A stretch of 64,000 nt of DNA from Octopus sinensis (taxonomy: Eukaryota), in the NCBI RefSeq assembly GCF_006345805.1, contig NC_042998.1:35588001-35652000 (forward strand), in the 5' to 3' direction. A program made the translations under genes and the position numbers. The notes under the pieces were generated by a model. The model did not search any database and was not told the origin of the DNA. It saw nothing but the letters and a program-made list of their open reading frames with translations. This document shows positions 25,979-40,832 of the stretch, in pieces (position 1 is the first letter of the stretch; the number at the start of each line of letters is the position of its first letter).

Positions 25979-26729
25979 GGGCTTCTTTCAATTTCCATTT
26001 ACCAAATCCACACACAAGGCTTTTATTGGTCTGAGGCTATAGCAGAAGACTCTTGGCCAAGGTGTCATGCAGTGGGACTGAACTAGGAACCATGTGGTTG
26101 GTAAGCAAACTTCTTTCCACTCTGCCATGCCTGAGCATCTACACATACATATTGTGTTGAGTCAAAAGTTTTGCAATATTTCTGATAAATTATTTGCTTT
26201 ATAATAATAATAATAATAATAATAATGAGATTATTGTGTATAGTGCTCAGATGCATTACAACTCATCAAAGGTGTATGTACAGTACATAGGATTATGTAG
26301 AAATGTCAGGAAAGTGAACAGTGTAGGAGTCATGATATACATGTATGTGTGCATGCGTATGGAGTGGGGTGAATATCGGGTGTAGTGTTAGCGAATTTCA
26401 GGAAGCATGGAGGTTCATCAAGTTACAACAAAAGCAGTCTAGCATCCAAAGTAGGGTCCATCACATTGCATCGCCTGAAGCGACCTTTCAGTCAATTCTT
26501 TGATTCCCAGGTTGATACCAGTTCTTGTCCATCAAGGTTCCAACTCTTCTTGGTTGATGAAGCATCCCGAGTGCAAGAAGTGAGCCATGGAATGGAACCA
26601 ATAATAATCCGAGGGAGATGGTTTTCCACAACCCTGACAGGCATAAGCAATGGTTAAGGAAAGGCCAGCATCTGGAATCTGTTGCTAAATATGGCGGGGG
26701 GGGGGTTCCGAATGCAAGGGGGTGCGCAG

Positions 26730-26965
26730 CGTCGGATGGAATTATGAAGGGGTGATTCATTATGAGTTTAGTTGAACCATTGATGCCAACCTGTACTCTG
26801 AACAGCTGGAGCAGACATATGCCATTGTGCGGCATTGGTTAACAGAGAGCAAGCTCTTCTATAGCAAGACAACACAAGACCTCAAGGTACCTGGAATAAA
26901 CCCCAGGAATTTGATGGAATTGAACTGATGCTACACCCAACATCTAGTTCAGACCTAGCACCTCA
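26730..26965 (+). pseudogene. Mariner transposase C-terminal fragment
   Basis: GWNYEGVIHYE, TIDANLYSEQLE, QQDN-RP-like and IELMLHPTSSSDLAP motifs. Confidence 0.8.
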
Positions 26966-29369
26966 TCATCATCATCATCATCATTGTTTAATGTCCGCTT
27001 TCCATGCAAGCATTGGGTTGGACGATTTTGACTGAGGGCTGGCGAACCAGATGGCCGCACCAGGCTCCAATCTTGATCTGGCAGAGTTTCTACAGCTGGA
27101 TGCCCTTCCTAACGCCAACCACTCCAAGAGTGTAGTGGGTGCTTTTTACATGCCACCGGCATGGGGTCAGTCAGGTGGTACTGGCAATGACCTCGCGCAA
27201 ATCTTTTTCCACATGCCACCAGCACAGGTGCCAGTAAGGTGACATTGGTAACAATCCCACTCAAATGGTGTCCTTTTATGTGCCACCAGCACGGAGCCAG
27301 TTGACTGCTCTAGCAACGATCATGCTCAGATGGTGCTCTTGGCACCCTACTAGCATGGGCACAAGTGCCAGTAAGGCAATGCTGGTAACGATCACACTCG
27401 AATGGTGCCCTTTTATGTGCCACTGGCACAGAAGCTGGTTAGCCGCTCTGTCAACAATCACCCGCAGATTATTAATCGTTCCAATCCTGTGTTAGGTTGT
27501 GTGGTAAGAATTTTACTTCCCAACAACATGGCTGCAGGTTCAATACCACTGAGTGGTACCTTGGGCAAGTATCTTTTACTGTAGCTTCAGAGCAACCAAT
27601 GCCTTGTGAGTGGATTTTCGTAGATGGAAACTAAAAGAAGTCTGTCACATGCGCCCATGTGTGTCTGTCTGTATGTTTCTGTGTTTGTGCTTGGCCCCCA
27701 CCCCAACTCTTCACAACCAGTGTTGGTTTACTGAGTCCCCATAACTTTGCAGTTCAGAAAAAAAAAGAATCAGAAGTATCAGGCTTCAATTCATTTGACT
27801 AAAACCCTTCAATGTGGTGCTTCCATATGGCCGCAGTCCAATGACTGTAACAAGTAAAAGATAAAAGATGGCAAGTGCACATATATGTTTCAATGGTGGT
27901 AAGTGACTATGAAGTGAATTTTGTATGTTTTAATCTAATATATAATGACACTGATTACTTTTTCTCTGATACTTTCGTGTTGTAGCGGTGATTTGAAACC
28001 TAACCACTAGACACTCAGCCAGCCATCACAAGTGAACCAGCATAGTTTCATGTGATTGGTCTATAAATCGACCAATCAGTGTGAGGCTGTGGCATGATAT
28101 GGTTTTCTCAATTGTTCTAGAATAAACCCTCTTATCTCCTATAAAAACCATTTGGTGCATTAGCTTAGGGCACAGACTACCAGTGGATCTCGGTCACCAT
28201 GGAGATTTGTGCAAATGATTTGGTATCTTCTTGGACCAACAGCATGTTGTGACACAAATAGTTTTCTATAATTTCCGGCCAGTTTTTTCTTTCTCTCTCT
28301 CTCCCATTTGACAATTATTAATATTGTTCATTGTAAATAGCCAACAACAAATATCTTTATGTCCTGCAATAAATATTTGCATGTCTGCTTCAGTTATTAT
28401 TCACACAGCCAATGTATTATATCTTTGTCGACCAACTCGAGTGACAACAAACACCCCAGGGAATATGTTATATCTTGTAGAGAAATAATTTTGTCTACTG
28501 TGCGTCAAATTTCTTTTAAACATTTCAATCCCAAAGAAATATTCCAAAATAATTTAGCTGTATTATTTACCAATTCCAAAGAGCTTCAAAAGCAGAGATT
28601 CTCTTCAAATAATAAAGCTGTAAAAAAAACTGTTCACTCTACAATTACTCTACATTTTCAGGAGAGGAGGCCAGTCGATTAGATTGACCCCAGTACACAA
28701 CTGGTACTTTATTTATCGACCCTGAAAGGATGAAAGGCAAAGTCCATCTCAGATGAAATACCACTAAGCATTTTGCCCGGTATGCTAATGTTTCTGCCAG
28801 CTCACCACCTTACTATAATCTTTTCTACTCTAGGCACAAGGCTCGAAATTTTGGGGAAGGGGGCTAGTCGATTAGATTGACCCCAGTACACAACTGGTAC
28901 TTAATCTATCGACCCTGAAAGGATGAAATGCAAACTCGACTTCGGCGAAATTTGAACTCAGAATGTAAAGACAAACAAAATACCACTAAGCATTTCGCCC
29001 AGCGTGCTAATGATTCTGCCAGCTCGCTGCCTTCCTATACTAATTCATATTGCATCCTCTTAAGATTTTGGTCTCCTTAAGTTGTGCATTGAAAAAGGTT
29101 GCTTTTAAACCACACAGGTCGGGGTTCAGTCCCACTGTGCAGCCCCATTGTGTGTCTTCTATAGTAGTCCCAAGCCAACCAATGTTTTTAGAATGAATTT
29201 GGGAGGAAGAGAAACTGCATGAAACCCACTGTAAAGTAACAATAAGATAGTTCATTCTTTCTATTCATGAATACTGTGGTTTGGTGTAGTATGTGTGTTC
29301 ACTCATGGAGACATCATCATCATCATCACTTAATGTCCGTATTCCATGCTAGCATGGGTGGGACAGTAC

Positions 29370-29720
29370 CACAAGAGTTGGCAATTGCAAGCTCCAAGTA
29401 TGTAAGGAGAGGCCCTGTCAAGAATAGTCCATTTAATGTTGGGAAAATCATTTTGATGATCATGGAGTCCCCTGATGAAGTGAGACAGCAAGGTAGAGTT
29501 TCCCTATCCCTGAACCGGAAGGAGTGCATGTGCTGTGTATACCGTGCCTTAAAGTTATTGGTTGTCATACCTGTATAGTGTCTTGTGATGCCATCAGATG
29601 GTGTGAGAGTAGCTCCTTCGACAACAGTCTTTGAGAAGCAATATCCTTTCAGGGGACAGTTGGCAGAATTTTGGCAGTTGCAGATTGGGATGTGGGTCAG
29701 AGCTTAAGTAGGTGTGTATT
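29370..29720 (-). pseudogene. Penelope GIY-YIG endonuclease fragment
   Basis: CNCQNSANCPLKGYCFSKTVVEGATL...HYTGMTTNNFKARYTQHMHSFR matches the PLE cysteine cluster followed by YIG-T--FK-RY--H. Confidence 0.8.
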
Positions 29721-30479
29721 TGTCCTTTGAAGTGATAGTACCTAAGCAGGAGTAGCTGACCCCAGGCATTGTGTGGATTTAAGAATTTGTATCTATGGGT
29801 TCAAGAGAAATGATGCTATAATAGAAAACACTTGCCCAAGGTGCTACGCAGTGAGACTGAACCTGGAACCATGTGGTTGGGAAGCAAGCTTCTTACCACA
29901 CAGCCACATATGTGTATATAAGTTTTTGTGCCTGTCCGCACACGTGTGGATTTGTGTGTGTGTGTGTGTATTTACATTTGTACCTGTACATACATATATG
30001 TGTGCATGTTCCACTTTTGGTTTACCTCCCCACCCACCCCTTCCACAACAAAAGCAACACAATTAACCACTTTCCCAAAACATGCATATGTGTATGTTAA
30101 TGTACCTATATTGAGAATGTGTGGCTGAAAATACACACACACAGACACACACACACACCACACACACACACATGTAAGTACACACAAATTTTTCCTTATT
30201 TGTTTGTTTATTTATTTAGTTACTTATTGAATGGCATAATGGGAAAACTATTTGGAAAATATGAATTATCCCCATGACATTGGAATTCTTTTTATAATTC
30301 ATTCAAGAACTGTCCAGGGAAATAATATTATCGCTGGTATACAAATTCACAACTCCTCAATCAGTAACTAATTGGAAACTCTCAACCTTTGAGTCACTCT
30401 GTTGCTTCAGTTAAATATTAGTAAAAATACATAATATACTCATGCTTTGAATTCTATTTTTCCTATTTGCATCACCAAA

Positions 30480-30514
<35 letters not shown>

Positions 30515-30999
30515 TCGTCATTGTTGTTTAACGTCCACTTTCCATGCTGGCATGGGTTAGATGGTTTGACTGAGGACTGGCAAGCCAGGAGGCTGCACCA
30601 GGCTCCAAATTAATCTGGCAAGGTTTCAACAGCTGGATGCCCTTCCTAACGCCAACCACTCTGAGAGTGTAGTGGGTGCTTTTTATGTGCCACTGATATG
30701 GGAGCCAGTCAGGCGGCACTGGCATCAATTACGCTTAAATGGTGCTTTTTACATGCCACATATTTTAGGAAGTTGACCGTTATGGCTGGTCAGAGAGTGA
30801 CCATTGGTTTCACACCTGAAAAGTGTTTAGTGGTACAGGAACTTATTCATGATGAGTGGTTTTAACCTCATTCAACTGGCCTACAAATACCCTGCAACCA
30901 GGTAACTAAAAGCATCTCAACACCAGGCAAAATTGCAATAAAATTGCTATTTAACTTCGTGGATGAATTTTTTTTTATCCCAACTGGAGTCAACAAGAC

Positions 31000-31200
31000 A
31001 ACAGAAAAATATCTTGGACCTGATGTTAAGAAACCATTTTAGCCACATCCAAAGTATAAACTCTTCTCTCTGACCACGATATGGTACTCCACAATCTTAG
31101 TTTCCAGCACAGCAAAGCCAGTAACTCTCGTCCAGCCACACCCATTTGATAATATCAATCTACACAAAGCAAACTGGGGAACAATCAGATTAAGATCTGT
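31000..31200 (+). pseudogene. LINE apurinic-endonuclease C-terminal remnant
   Basis: RQQKNILDLMLRNHF...SDHDMV...NLHKANW motifs across frameshifts. Confidence 0.5.
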
Positions 31201-31289
31201 CACTTATCTGCTAAGTTGCTTCAATATCAGAGGAAATGTAAGTGAAGGGCCGAGTGATAAGTAACAGATCTTGTCTGATTGTTCCCATT

Positions 31290-33130
31290 GTTCAAAATAC
31301 TCTCCAATGAAACTCACTAGCATAAATAGAAGTCGGCTCCCAAGAGAGAAAGAACAGTGGGGTAAACTGAGCCATAAAAGCAAAAAGATAGGCCTTAAAA
31401 GACTGAAAAATGATGGCAGCAGAGAATTGTATCAGGTGACCAGAAGAGAAGCTAAGAGACGGGTTTACAGAGCAAAGTGGGAAGCAGAAAGTAAGAGATC
31501 CTACAGTATGAGAATCGGAGGAATGAGGGTGTTCCGATTGCAAGACATCAAAGAGAATTGAGGTGTGGATGAGAAGCATGTGCAGACAATCATCATCATC
31601 ATCATTTAACGTCCGCTTTCCATGCTAGCATGGGTTGGACGATTTGACTGAGGTCTGGCGAACCAAACTCCAATCTGATCTGGCAGAGTTTCTACAGCTG
31701 GATGCCCTTCCTAACGCCAACCACTCCGAGAGTGTAGTGGGTGCTTTTACATGCCACCGGCATGAGGGCCAGTTTGGTGGTACTGGCAACGGCCACACCC
31801 AAATGGTGGTTTTTATGTGCCACCTGCACAGGACCCAGTCCAGCGGCACTGGCGACGACCTCACTCAAATGTTTCACGTGCCACCAGCACAAGTGCTAGT
31901 AAGGCAACGTGGTAACAATCACGCTTGAATGGTGTGTTTAATGTGCCATCGGCATGAAGCATGGAAGTGTTTCTATAAAAAGCTGTTAAACATTGCGAAT
32001 ACTTGGGAGAAAGAAGGTTTTTCTAGTGTAGATCCAACAGCGGGACCAGTAATCCAAATTGATACCAGGATGATAGATAAAGCAATCAAGGATATGCAGA
32101 CAGGTAAAGCTCCTGGTTCGTTAGGAATCACTGCTGAGATGCTTAAAATATCTGTCGGAGTAAGATACAGCCTTGTCACCTGTATAGCCAATTAGGTTGT
32201 ACAGAGAGGTGTCATACCCAATGACTGGTGTAGCAGCATTACAGTTAGCTGTTACATGCGTAAGGGAGATGCCTCAGACAAAAGTAATCACAGAAGTATC
32301 AAATTGCTGGACCAGCTCAAGAAATTTACAGAAATTTATAGCTCAATTAATTAGGAACAGAATTAGCCAAGATGAGATGTAATCTGGTTTTGTGCCAGAG
32401 CGAAATGCTACTGATGCCATATTTCTAGTAAGACAACTGCAAGAGAAGTACCCAGCTAAAGCCATTGTACTTGGCATTCGTCAGCCTGAAGAAAGCCTTC
32501 AATAGAGTCCATCAGTCCATGATCTGGCAGTTTCTGAGGAAGCTAGGACTAGATGAATGGCTTGCTAGAGCCATGCAAGCCATATACTGGGACACTGTCG
32601 GTAAAATGAGAGTCGGCCACAATATAACAACAAATTTAGTGTACAGGTAGGAGTTCACCAGAGCTCAGTTCTCAGTCCACTCTTATTTATCATAGTCCTC
32701 CAGGCCACAACAGAGGAATTTAAGTAGGACTGCACTAGGGAGCTACTATATGCTGATAACTTCATTCTTAGCAGAATTTGTATCAGAATTGGAAGAGAAA
32801 TTCCAGGTGTGAAAGCAAAACCTGGAATCAAAAGACTTTGAAGTTAACCTAGCAAGGACAAAAATTGTAATTAGCAAGAAAATGGACAGGACTCTCTTCC
32901 TGATAGGTAAATGGCTTTGCTCAATATGTACGACAGGTGTAGGCAAGAATTCCATCCAATGTACTTAGTGTAAGTTATGGCCATATAAGAGGTGCAGTGG
33001 AATCACAGGTAGGTTGATAGAGAAAGTAGTCTTTGTGTGTGTGGCAGATGTGCAAGAGCAATAAACACTAGGGACACACAGGAAATGCTCAGGAGATTCC
33101 CTAGAGGTATTAGTTTCTATTATCTAGATG
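31290..33130 (+). pseudogene. Degenerate RTE-clade LINE reverse transcriptase, interrupted by an insert at about 31590-31935
   Basis: Contains GKAPGSLGITAEMLK, IPNDWCSS, GFVPERNATDAIFLVRQLQEKY, LAFVSLKKAFNRV, QSSVLSPLLFIIVL and LLYADN, with stops and frameshifts. Confidence 0.9.
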
Positions 33131-34867
33131 GCTGAAATTCGATGACAGGCACGAGCACCATACGAGCGTGATTGTTGACAGAGCGGCTAACCGGCTTCCA
33201 TGCCAGTGGCACATAAAAGCACCATTTGAGTGTGATCGTTACCAGTGTCGCCTTACTGGCACTTGTTCCCCGTGCTAGTAGGGTGCTAAGAGCACCATCC
33301 GAGCGTGATCGTTGCCAGAGCGGCTAACTGGCTTCCATGCGGATCATTACCAGCATCGCCTTACTGGCACCTGTGTCAGTGGCATGTGTAAAAAAGATTC
33401 AAGCGAGGTCATTGCCAGTACCACCTGACTGGCCCCCATGCCGGTGGCACATAAAAAGCACCCACTACACTCTCAGAGTGGTTGGCGTTAGGAAGGGCAT
33501 CCAGCTGTAGAAACTCTGCCAGATCAAGATTGGAGCCTGGTGCAACCATCTGGTTCGCCAGCCCTCAGTTAAAATCATCCAACCCATGCTAGCATGGAAA
33601 GCGGACGTTAAACAATGATGATGAGGAGGAGGAGGAGGACATTCTGAAAGTAATGTTGCTACAATGAGAATAGGGTAGAGAAAGTTCAGAGAGCCATTAC
33701 CTCTGGTAACAAAAGTGTCTCTCTCTCTCTCAAAGTGAAAGGCAGAATGTATCATGATTATATATAGACAGATATACTACATGGTAGTGTGAGACATGAG
33801 ACCTGAATGCAATGGACATGTGAAGACTAGAGAGGAATTAAGGTAGTACTGTATTTATGCATGCTGTACATAGCTGGGTCCTACTTTCAATTTGCCTACA
33901 TCAAGCATTCCCTTCCACATCTCATCGTCCTACCACCCATCCCTATATCACTCAACTAATCAGCTACTGTAATCACTCGAAGGGCAGAAAGACTAAAGTA
34001 TGATGGGACAAAGGTAGGGACCTCATAATGGAGGAGATACATGGTTAGCCAACATTATGAAGGGGTGGTTGAGAGTAGGATAAAGAGAATGATGACAGGG
34101 TGTCATGGTACGAGAAGGGGGGTATAAGGGAGGGTATAGACTGTGTATGAGGAGGGAAGGAGAAGGCGGGTTATTTCATAAGAGTGGGGGAGGAGAGTGA
34201 CAGATGGGGTTAGAGATGGGAAGGGATGGTCAGAGATATATTTAGGTAAGTGAGGTGAGAATGGTGGGTGGGGGCATAAATAGTAGATGTGAGAGGGTGT
34301 TGAGAACAGGAGCAGAAAAGGGGAGAGGTTAAAGATGAAGTATGTCAGCCCTAAAATGTATCTTGGAAGGGAAAGAGATTACTGAAGGCACAGGAAAGAG
34401 CTGATTGATGGGAAATAGTATGGATGGGATGATGATAGGGGTGAATAACTGGTAGTGCTCGAGTGATTACGCAATCATGAGTGCAACACCCTAAACACTA
34501 AACCATATATATATATATATATATATATGGCAAATGGAAGATGGAATATAAGAGAATTTATTATTAATCGCGATAGCTGTTTCGATGCATCTAGCATTGA
34601 TTCCGTATGGGTGGGACACTCAACAACTGGTTCAGGGGCATCCGGTGGTGCAGATGTATCTCGTCGGGTGATAAATAAATAAATACAACTCGTTAAAATG
34701 ACTGTTCCGCAATGTAACTTTCCGTTTTTTTAGAGAGAGGAGCAGTCAGACAGAGGAAATATCTTCATCTATATAGAAGATCAAAAATAAAATCACAGAT
34801 GACAAAAAGAGAAATGAACACACAATCCAGCGAGAAAAGTATTAAAAATAACCATTAACAAATATGT

Positions 34868-35098
34868 GTTTCTTTATTGCCACAAGGGGCTAAACATAGA
34901 GGGGACAAACAAGGACAGACAAATGGATTAAGTCGATTACATCAACCCCAGTGCGTAACTGGTACTTAATTTATCGACCCCGAAAGGATAAAAGGCAAAG
35001 TCGACCTCAGCGGAATTTGAACTCAGAACGCAATGACAGACGCAATACCGCTAAGCATTTCGCCCGGTGTGTTAACGATTCTGCCAGCTCGCCGCCTT
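34868..35098 (-). mobile_element. tRNA-derived SINE family A, representative copy (others at about 68-245, 1437-1656, 22535-22745, 28670-29035, 37068-37298, 38115-38342, 49775-49990)
   Basis: GGCGGCGAGCTGGCAGAATCGTT...GAGTTCAAATTCC head and GCCTTTCATCCTTTCGGGGTCGATAAATTAAGTACC core, resembling the MetaSINE central domain as I recall it. Confidence 0.9.
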
Positions 35099-35349
35099 AT
35101 CGTTAACAAATATGGATGTATAAACGCCCTCGGTCAAGCTGTATGGCGCGAGTACACTCGTTCATACGAGCATCCGCAAAAATGTGTGCATACGCACACG
35201 TGAGGTTTGGTGCACTCATGATCACAAAGCGAGTTAGCTGCCAACTTGATGTTTGCAAGAATGTGGAGGTTAAAAGTAAACTTAATTCATCAATACCTGA
35301 AAGTAAATTACATTAACGGTTACTCAAAATTCATTCTCACATAAGTGAT

Positions 35350-35870
35350 GCAACAGTATTACAAGAAGGTTAACAGAGAAAGTAGTCTTTGTATGTGGCA
35401 GATGTGCAGGTACACGAAACACTAGGAATGTACAGAAAACATGACTCCCTCAAATGTCCAATGGGTATCCCTAGAAGTAGCAGACAGTTTCTGTTACTAA
35501 GGCCATCAAGTTAGCAGTGGAGGTGGTAGTTTTAAAAGTGTTACTGCTAAAATAAGGACAGGCTGGCCAAAGTTCAAAGAGCCTTTCTCTCAGAGTGAAA
35601 GGTATGATGTCTATGTACTGACAGCTCTGCTACATGGCAGTGAGACATGGGCTGCGAATGTAGAGGACATGCGAAGGCTTGAAAGAAAGCAAGCCAGCAT
35701 TGCTCCATTGGATGGGTGATGTGAGTGTGCACGTACGACAGAGTGTAAGTGATTTAAGAGAAAAGCTGGGTATTCTGAGGTATCAGGTAATGTGTGCAAG
35801 AGAGAAGAGACTGTGCTGGTGTGGCCATGTGGTGTGTATTGGATGAGGATAGCTGCAATAAAAAGTGATG
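35350..35870 (+). pseudogene. C-terminal RTE LINE fragment, probable continuation of the element at 31290
   Basis: TALLHGSETWAANVEDMRRLERKQASMLHWM and CVQEKRL-type motifs. Confidence 0.75.
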
Positions 35871-36499
35871 GCACATAAAAAGCACCCATTTCACTCTCAG
35901 AGTGGTTGGCATTAGGAAGGGCATCTAGATGTAGAAACCTTGCCAGATCAGATTGGAGTCTGGTGCAGCCCTCAGGCTCGCCAGCCCTCAGTCCAACCCA
36001 TGCCTGCATGGAAAGCAGATGTTAAATGATCATCATCATCATCATCATCGTTTAACGTCCGTTTTTTCCATGCTAGCATGGGTTGGACGGTTCAACTGGG
36101 GTCTGGGAAGCCAGAAGGCTGCACCAGGCCCAGTCTGATCTGGCAGTGTTTCTACAGCTGGATGCCCTTCCTAACGCCAACCACTCTGTGAGTGTAGTGG
36201 GTGCTTTTTACATGCCACCTGGACAGGTGCCAGACGAGGCTGGCAAACGGCCACAATAGGATGGTGTTTTTTACGTGCCACCGGCACAACAGTTTGACTC
36301 AGTTCTATGTGACTGACAATATCAGAGGCTTGTAGAGCCAATGTATCTCATCAGGTATCATCATTATTCAACATCCGTTTTCCATGTTGGCATGGGTTGG
36401 ACGGTTTGGCAGGAGCTGGCAAGGCTGGAGAACTGCCTGGATTCCGTACTCTGATTTGGCATGGTTTCTGTGGCTGGATGCTCTTCCTAGAGTGAACTG

Positions 36500-36930
36500 G
36501 GTATTTTTTATGTGGCACCAGCATGGCAGGTTTTATGTGACACCAACAAGGGCACTTTTACATGGCACCTTTATGTAACACCAGCACGGATGCTTTTATG
36601 TGGAACCAGCATGGGCACCTTTATATGGCACCAGCATTAGCACTCTTACGTGGAACCAGCATGAGCACCTTTATGTGGCACCAGCATGGGTACTTTTTTA
36701 CGTGGCACAAGTATGGGTGCTTTTACGTGGCACCAGCATTAACAATCTTACGTGACACCAGCATGGGCACCTTCACATGGCACCAACACGGGCACTTTTA
36801 TGTGGCACCAGCATGAGCACTTTTGTGTGGCACCTTTACGTGAGACCAGCATGGGCACTTTTAGGTGACACCAGCATGGGCGCTTTTAGGTAGAACTGGT
36901 ACCAACACTTTTACATGGCACCAGCATCTA
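36500..36930. repeat. Minisatellite of ~20-40-nt GTGGCACCAGCATGGGCACTTTTAT units
   Basis: Imperfect tandem units; the reverse-oriented counterpart is at about 4420-4810. Confidence 0.85.
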
Positions 36931-37902
36931 AATGGAAAAAGGTTCATTCAACAAACCTAAGGAACTATCAAACTGTTACTAAATTATATATAATGGCTGG
37001 CTGGCTTGATGGATGGAAGGATGGATGGATGGATGGATGGAGGGAGGGATTGGTGGTTGGATGGATGGTTGGCGAGCTGGCAGAAACTTTAGCACGCCGG
37101 GCAAAATGTTTAGCAGTATTTCGTCTGCCGCTACGTTCTGAGTTCAAATTCCGCCGAGGTCAACTTTGCCTTTCATCCTTTCGGGGTCGATTAAATAAGT
37201 ACCAGTTACGCACTGGGATCGATATAATCAACTTAATCCGTTTGTCTGTCCTTGTTTGTCCCTTCTGTGTTTAGCCCCTTGTGGGTAGTAAAGAAATAGG
37301 TTGGCTTGATGGATGGGTGGATACTTGTAGCCAGATACCCCTTAACAAATATCATAGTCTGTAAAAAGTACATAATTTCAAGTTAAGAATAAACTGACAA
37401 ATACTTAAAGTATGTTGTTTTTAATGCTGTCAATTATGAGTCACAATGTGTCATAAAGTACCATTGGTGTATGACCATATGGAAGGCTAAGTGGATAGAT
37501 ATAAAGTGGCCTGCTATTCAACTAATAACATAGCCTTTAAGTGGTTGTTAAACCTGCTAGAAACAACAGCTAAATCTGACTCAAATCATTCTCTACCACC
37601 TTAAAAAATATAGATACTCATTATAATACTGTGTGTGGAAACCTATTCCAAAAATCGGATGATTATGGCTTGTATGTCTTTTGGCCAATCTGAATGGACT
37701 TGGAGTAAAATAACACAACAGGTTGTCTGTTAGTCATTACCTTAGCTCGTGATGCACAGATGTTGCTGATTTGGTAACAACAGCTAGTTTTACGTGCAAC
37801 AATTTCACTAATTGTTGGGAAGAAATGTTAGATTATCTGGGAGTTTTAGCTGCAAAAGATCTGAATCCTATCCAGAAGGTTTTAACCTTTATTCATTTAA
37901 AT

Positions 37903-38655
37903 CAGGGGTGGGGAAACTTTAGAGTGGCAGGGAAAAATTTCCAAAGTAAAAGGGCCATAGGTGGACCACAAGTTCTAACTCTTATATATATCTATGTATA
38001 ATTTGATATACATCAGTTTAACACATTAAATTAATGCATAACATCTTCATTAACGCCGCCACTGAATTTAGGATGTTTATATTACCTAAGAGGTATTCTA
38101 TATTTTTCAGGTGTCAAGCTGGCAGAGTCGTTAGAACACTGGGCGAAATGCTTTGCGTTATTTCGTCTGCTGCTACGTTCTGAGTTCAAATTCCGCCGAG
38201 GTCGACTTTGCCTTTCATCCTTTCGGGGTCGATTAAATAAGTACCAGTTACGCACTGGGGTCGATATAATCGACTTAATCCGTTTGTCTGTCCTTCTATG
38301 TCTTCTCTGTGTTTAGCCCCTCTGTGAGTAGTAAAGAAATAGGTATTCTATATTTTTCAGCTAGAGTGTGGTTGAGTCTCAAGAGGGTGGTACAAACCTA
38401 GCAATATGTGTTTTATAGTGAAAACAAAATTTCCATTCAAATGGTAATTACCGGACGAGTTTCTGTTCGAGTCTGACTGGTTTAAGTTGTAGTGGAAACA
38501 TGACCAATGTTGCAAATAGGAATAAGAGTATTCTATAAATTTCACAATTGGAAAACTTACTATATTTTGTACATACAAGTACATCAGCTTACAGGTGCAA
38601 TAAAATGGGCTCGCAGGCACAATTGTGCCCGTGGGCAGGGATTTTCCCACCCCTG
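37903..38655. mobile_element. hAT-like MITE with a nested SINE (about 38115-38342)
   Basis: Termini CAGGGGTGGGGAAA / TTTCCCACCCCTG; TSD is imperfect. Confidence 0.6.
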
Positions 38656-40756
38656 ATTTTAAATTCATGAAACATGAATAAGCAGCCAACTCAAGAAGTA
38701 CCTTTGGATCACAGGGTGACATGCCGTGCTTGAGGAGACCTACTGAGTCAAGTACATCAACATCAAAATGAAATCAAATCACAATCAAATGGAAATTGTA
38801 GTTGTGGTTCCCATGCTGGTGGCCCCTGTGCCAGTGACACATAAAAAAAGTACCTACTACACTCTCAGAGTGGTTGGCGTTAGAAAAGGAATCCAGCTGT
38901 AGAAACCTTGCCGGATCAGAGTGGAGCATGGTGCAGCCTTCTGGCTTGCCAATCCTCAGTCAAACCGTCAAACCCATGCCAGCATCAAAAACAGATGTTA
39001 AACAACAACAATTATGATGATGGGCTTCTATCAGTTTCCATTTACCAAATCCACTCACAAGGATTCGGTCAGCCCGAGGCTAGAGTAGAAGACACTTGCC
39101 CAAGGTGCCACGCAGTGGGACTGAACCAGGAACTATGTGGTTGGTAAGCAAGGTACCACACAGCCACTTCTGTGCCTATAGATGAGTTAAAATATCTTAG
39201 AGGAGTATTCTACATACTGAATACAAATATGGTCAGGTCAAACGTATGTAATACAGTAAATTGAAGAACTTCCATCACACCTGTACAGGTGTGTAAAAAT
39301 TTTGAAAAAAAACATTGCAGTAAATAATTGTCAGATGTTTTCTTTTTGATGTTTTTGTATCATTTCTTTTAGTTTTATTATTTTAACAGAAGAAAAATTT
39401 CTTTTACTCAATAAAAAAAATTTTAAACATTTTTTCCTAATCACATGGTTTCTGGTTCAGCCCCGCTATGTGGCACCTTGGGCAAGTGTCTTCTACTATA
39501 ACCTTGGACCAACCAAAGCCTTGTCAGTGGATATGATGGAGAGAAACTGAAAGAAGCCCGTCGTATGTGTGTGTGAGTATCTTTACATCTAAGTTTGTCT
39601 TCCATCACCACTTGGCAACTGTTGTTGGTTTGTTTACATCCTTGTAACTTACTAGTTTGGCAAAAGAGAACAACAGAATAAATACTAGGATTTAAAAAAA
39701 GAACGCCCTGGAGTCGATTCATTCAACTAAAAATGTCTTTCAAGTTGGTGCCCCAGCATGGGCGCTATCAAATGACTGAAGTTAATACAATATGAAAGAA
39801 AAGATGTAATTAATGAGTGTCTCTGAAAGAATACACATAGAAAAAAAACCAGGGTTGAAATAAAAAAATAATAATTTCCAACCCATGCCAGCATGGAAAA
39901 CGGACGTTAAACGATGCTGATGATGAAGGATCAGTGCAAGACTTGGAATTCTACCAGGTTTTGCTTAGTCATGTTCCACTTTCAGTATGGTCTTTTATTT
40001 GCTTAGTTTCAGTCACTTGACTGCAGCCATGATGGAGCACCACCTTTAGTTGAACAAATCGACCCTGAGACTTATTCTTTGTTAAGCCTAGTACTTATTC
40101 TATTGGTCTCTTTTGCCAAACCGCTAAGTTACGGGGACATCAACAAACCAACATCAATTGTCAAGCAATGGTGCAGGGGGGAGGAGGTAAACACACACAC
40201 ACACACATACATAAATATATAACAGGCTTCTTTCAGTTTCCATCTGCCAAATCAACCCACAAGGCTTTGGCCAGCCCGAGACTACAGTAGAAGACACTTG
40301 CCCAAGGTGCCATGCAATGGGACTGAACCTGGAACCAGGTGGTTGGTAAACAAGCTTCTTACCACACAGCCACACCTATGCCTATACATATATGAGGGGC
40401 TTCTTTCAGTTTCCATCTACCAAATCCCCTCATAAGGCTTTGGTCAGCCTGAGGCTATAACAGAAGAAGAGGCTATAGCAGAAGAAGAGGCTATAGCCCA
40501 AGATGCCATGCAGTGGGACTGAATCTGGAACCATGTGGTTGGGAAGCAAGCTACTTACCACACAGCCATGTCTGTGCCTCACACAAATTATTTTAGAAAT
40601 TATATATTTTTGCACATGGTTCTGGGTTCAGTCCCACTGCATGGCACCTTGGGCAAGTGTCGTCTACTATAGCCTTGGGTTGACCAAAGCCTTGTGAGTG
40701 GATTTGGTAGACAGAAACTGAAAGAAGCCCGTAGTATATGTATGTATGTATGTATG

Positions 40757-40832
<76 letters not shown>

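Noticed and set aside
34560-34660. GCATCGAAACAGCT stem plus GAAA suggesting another hammerhead
   Set aside because: No CUGANGA half-core could be found at the required position.
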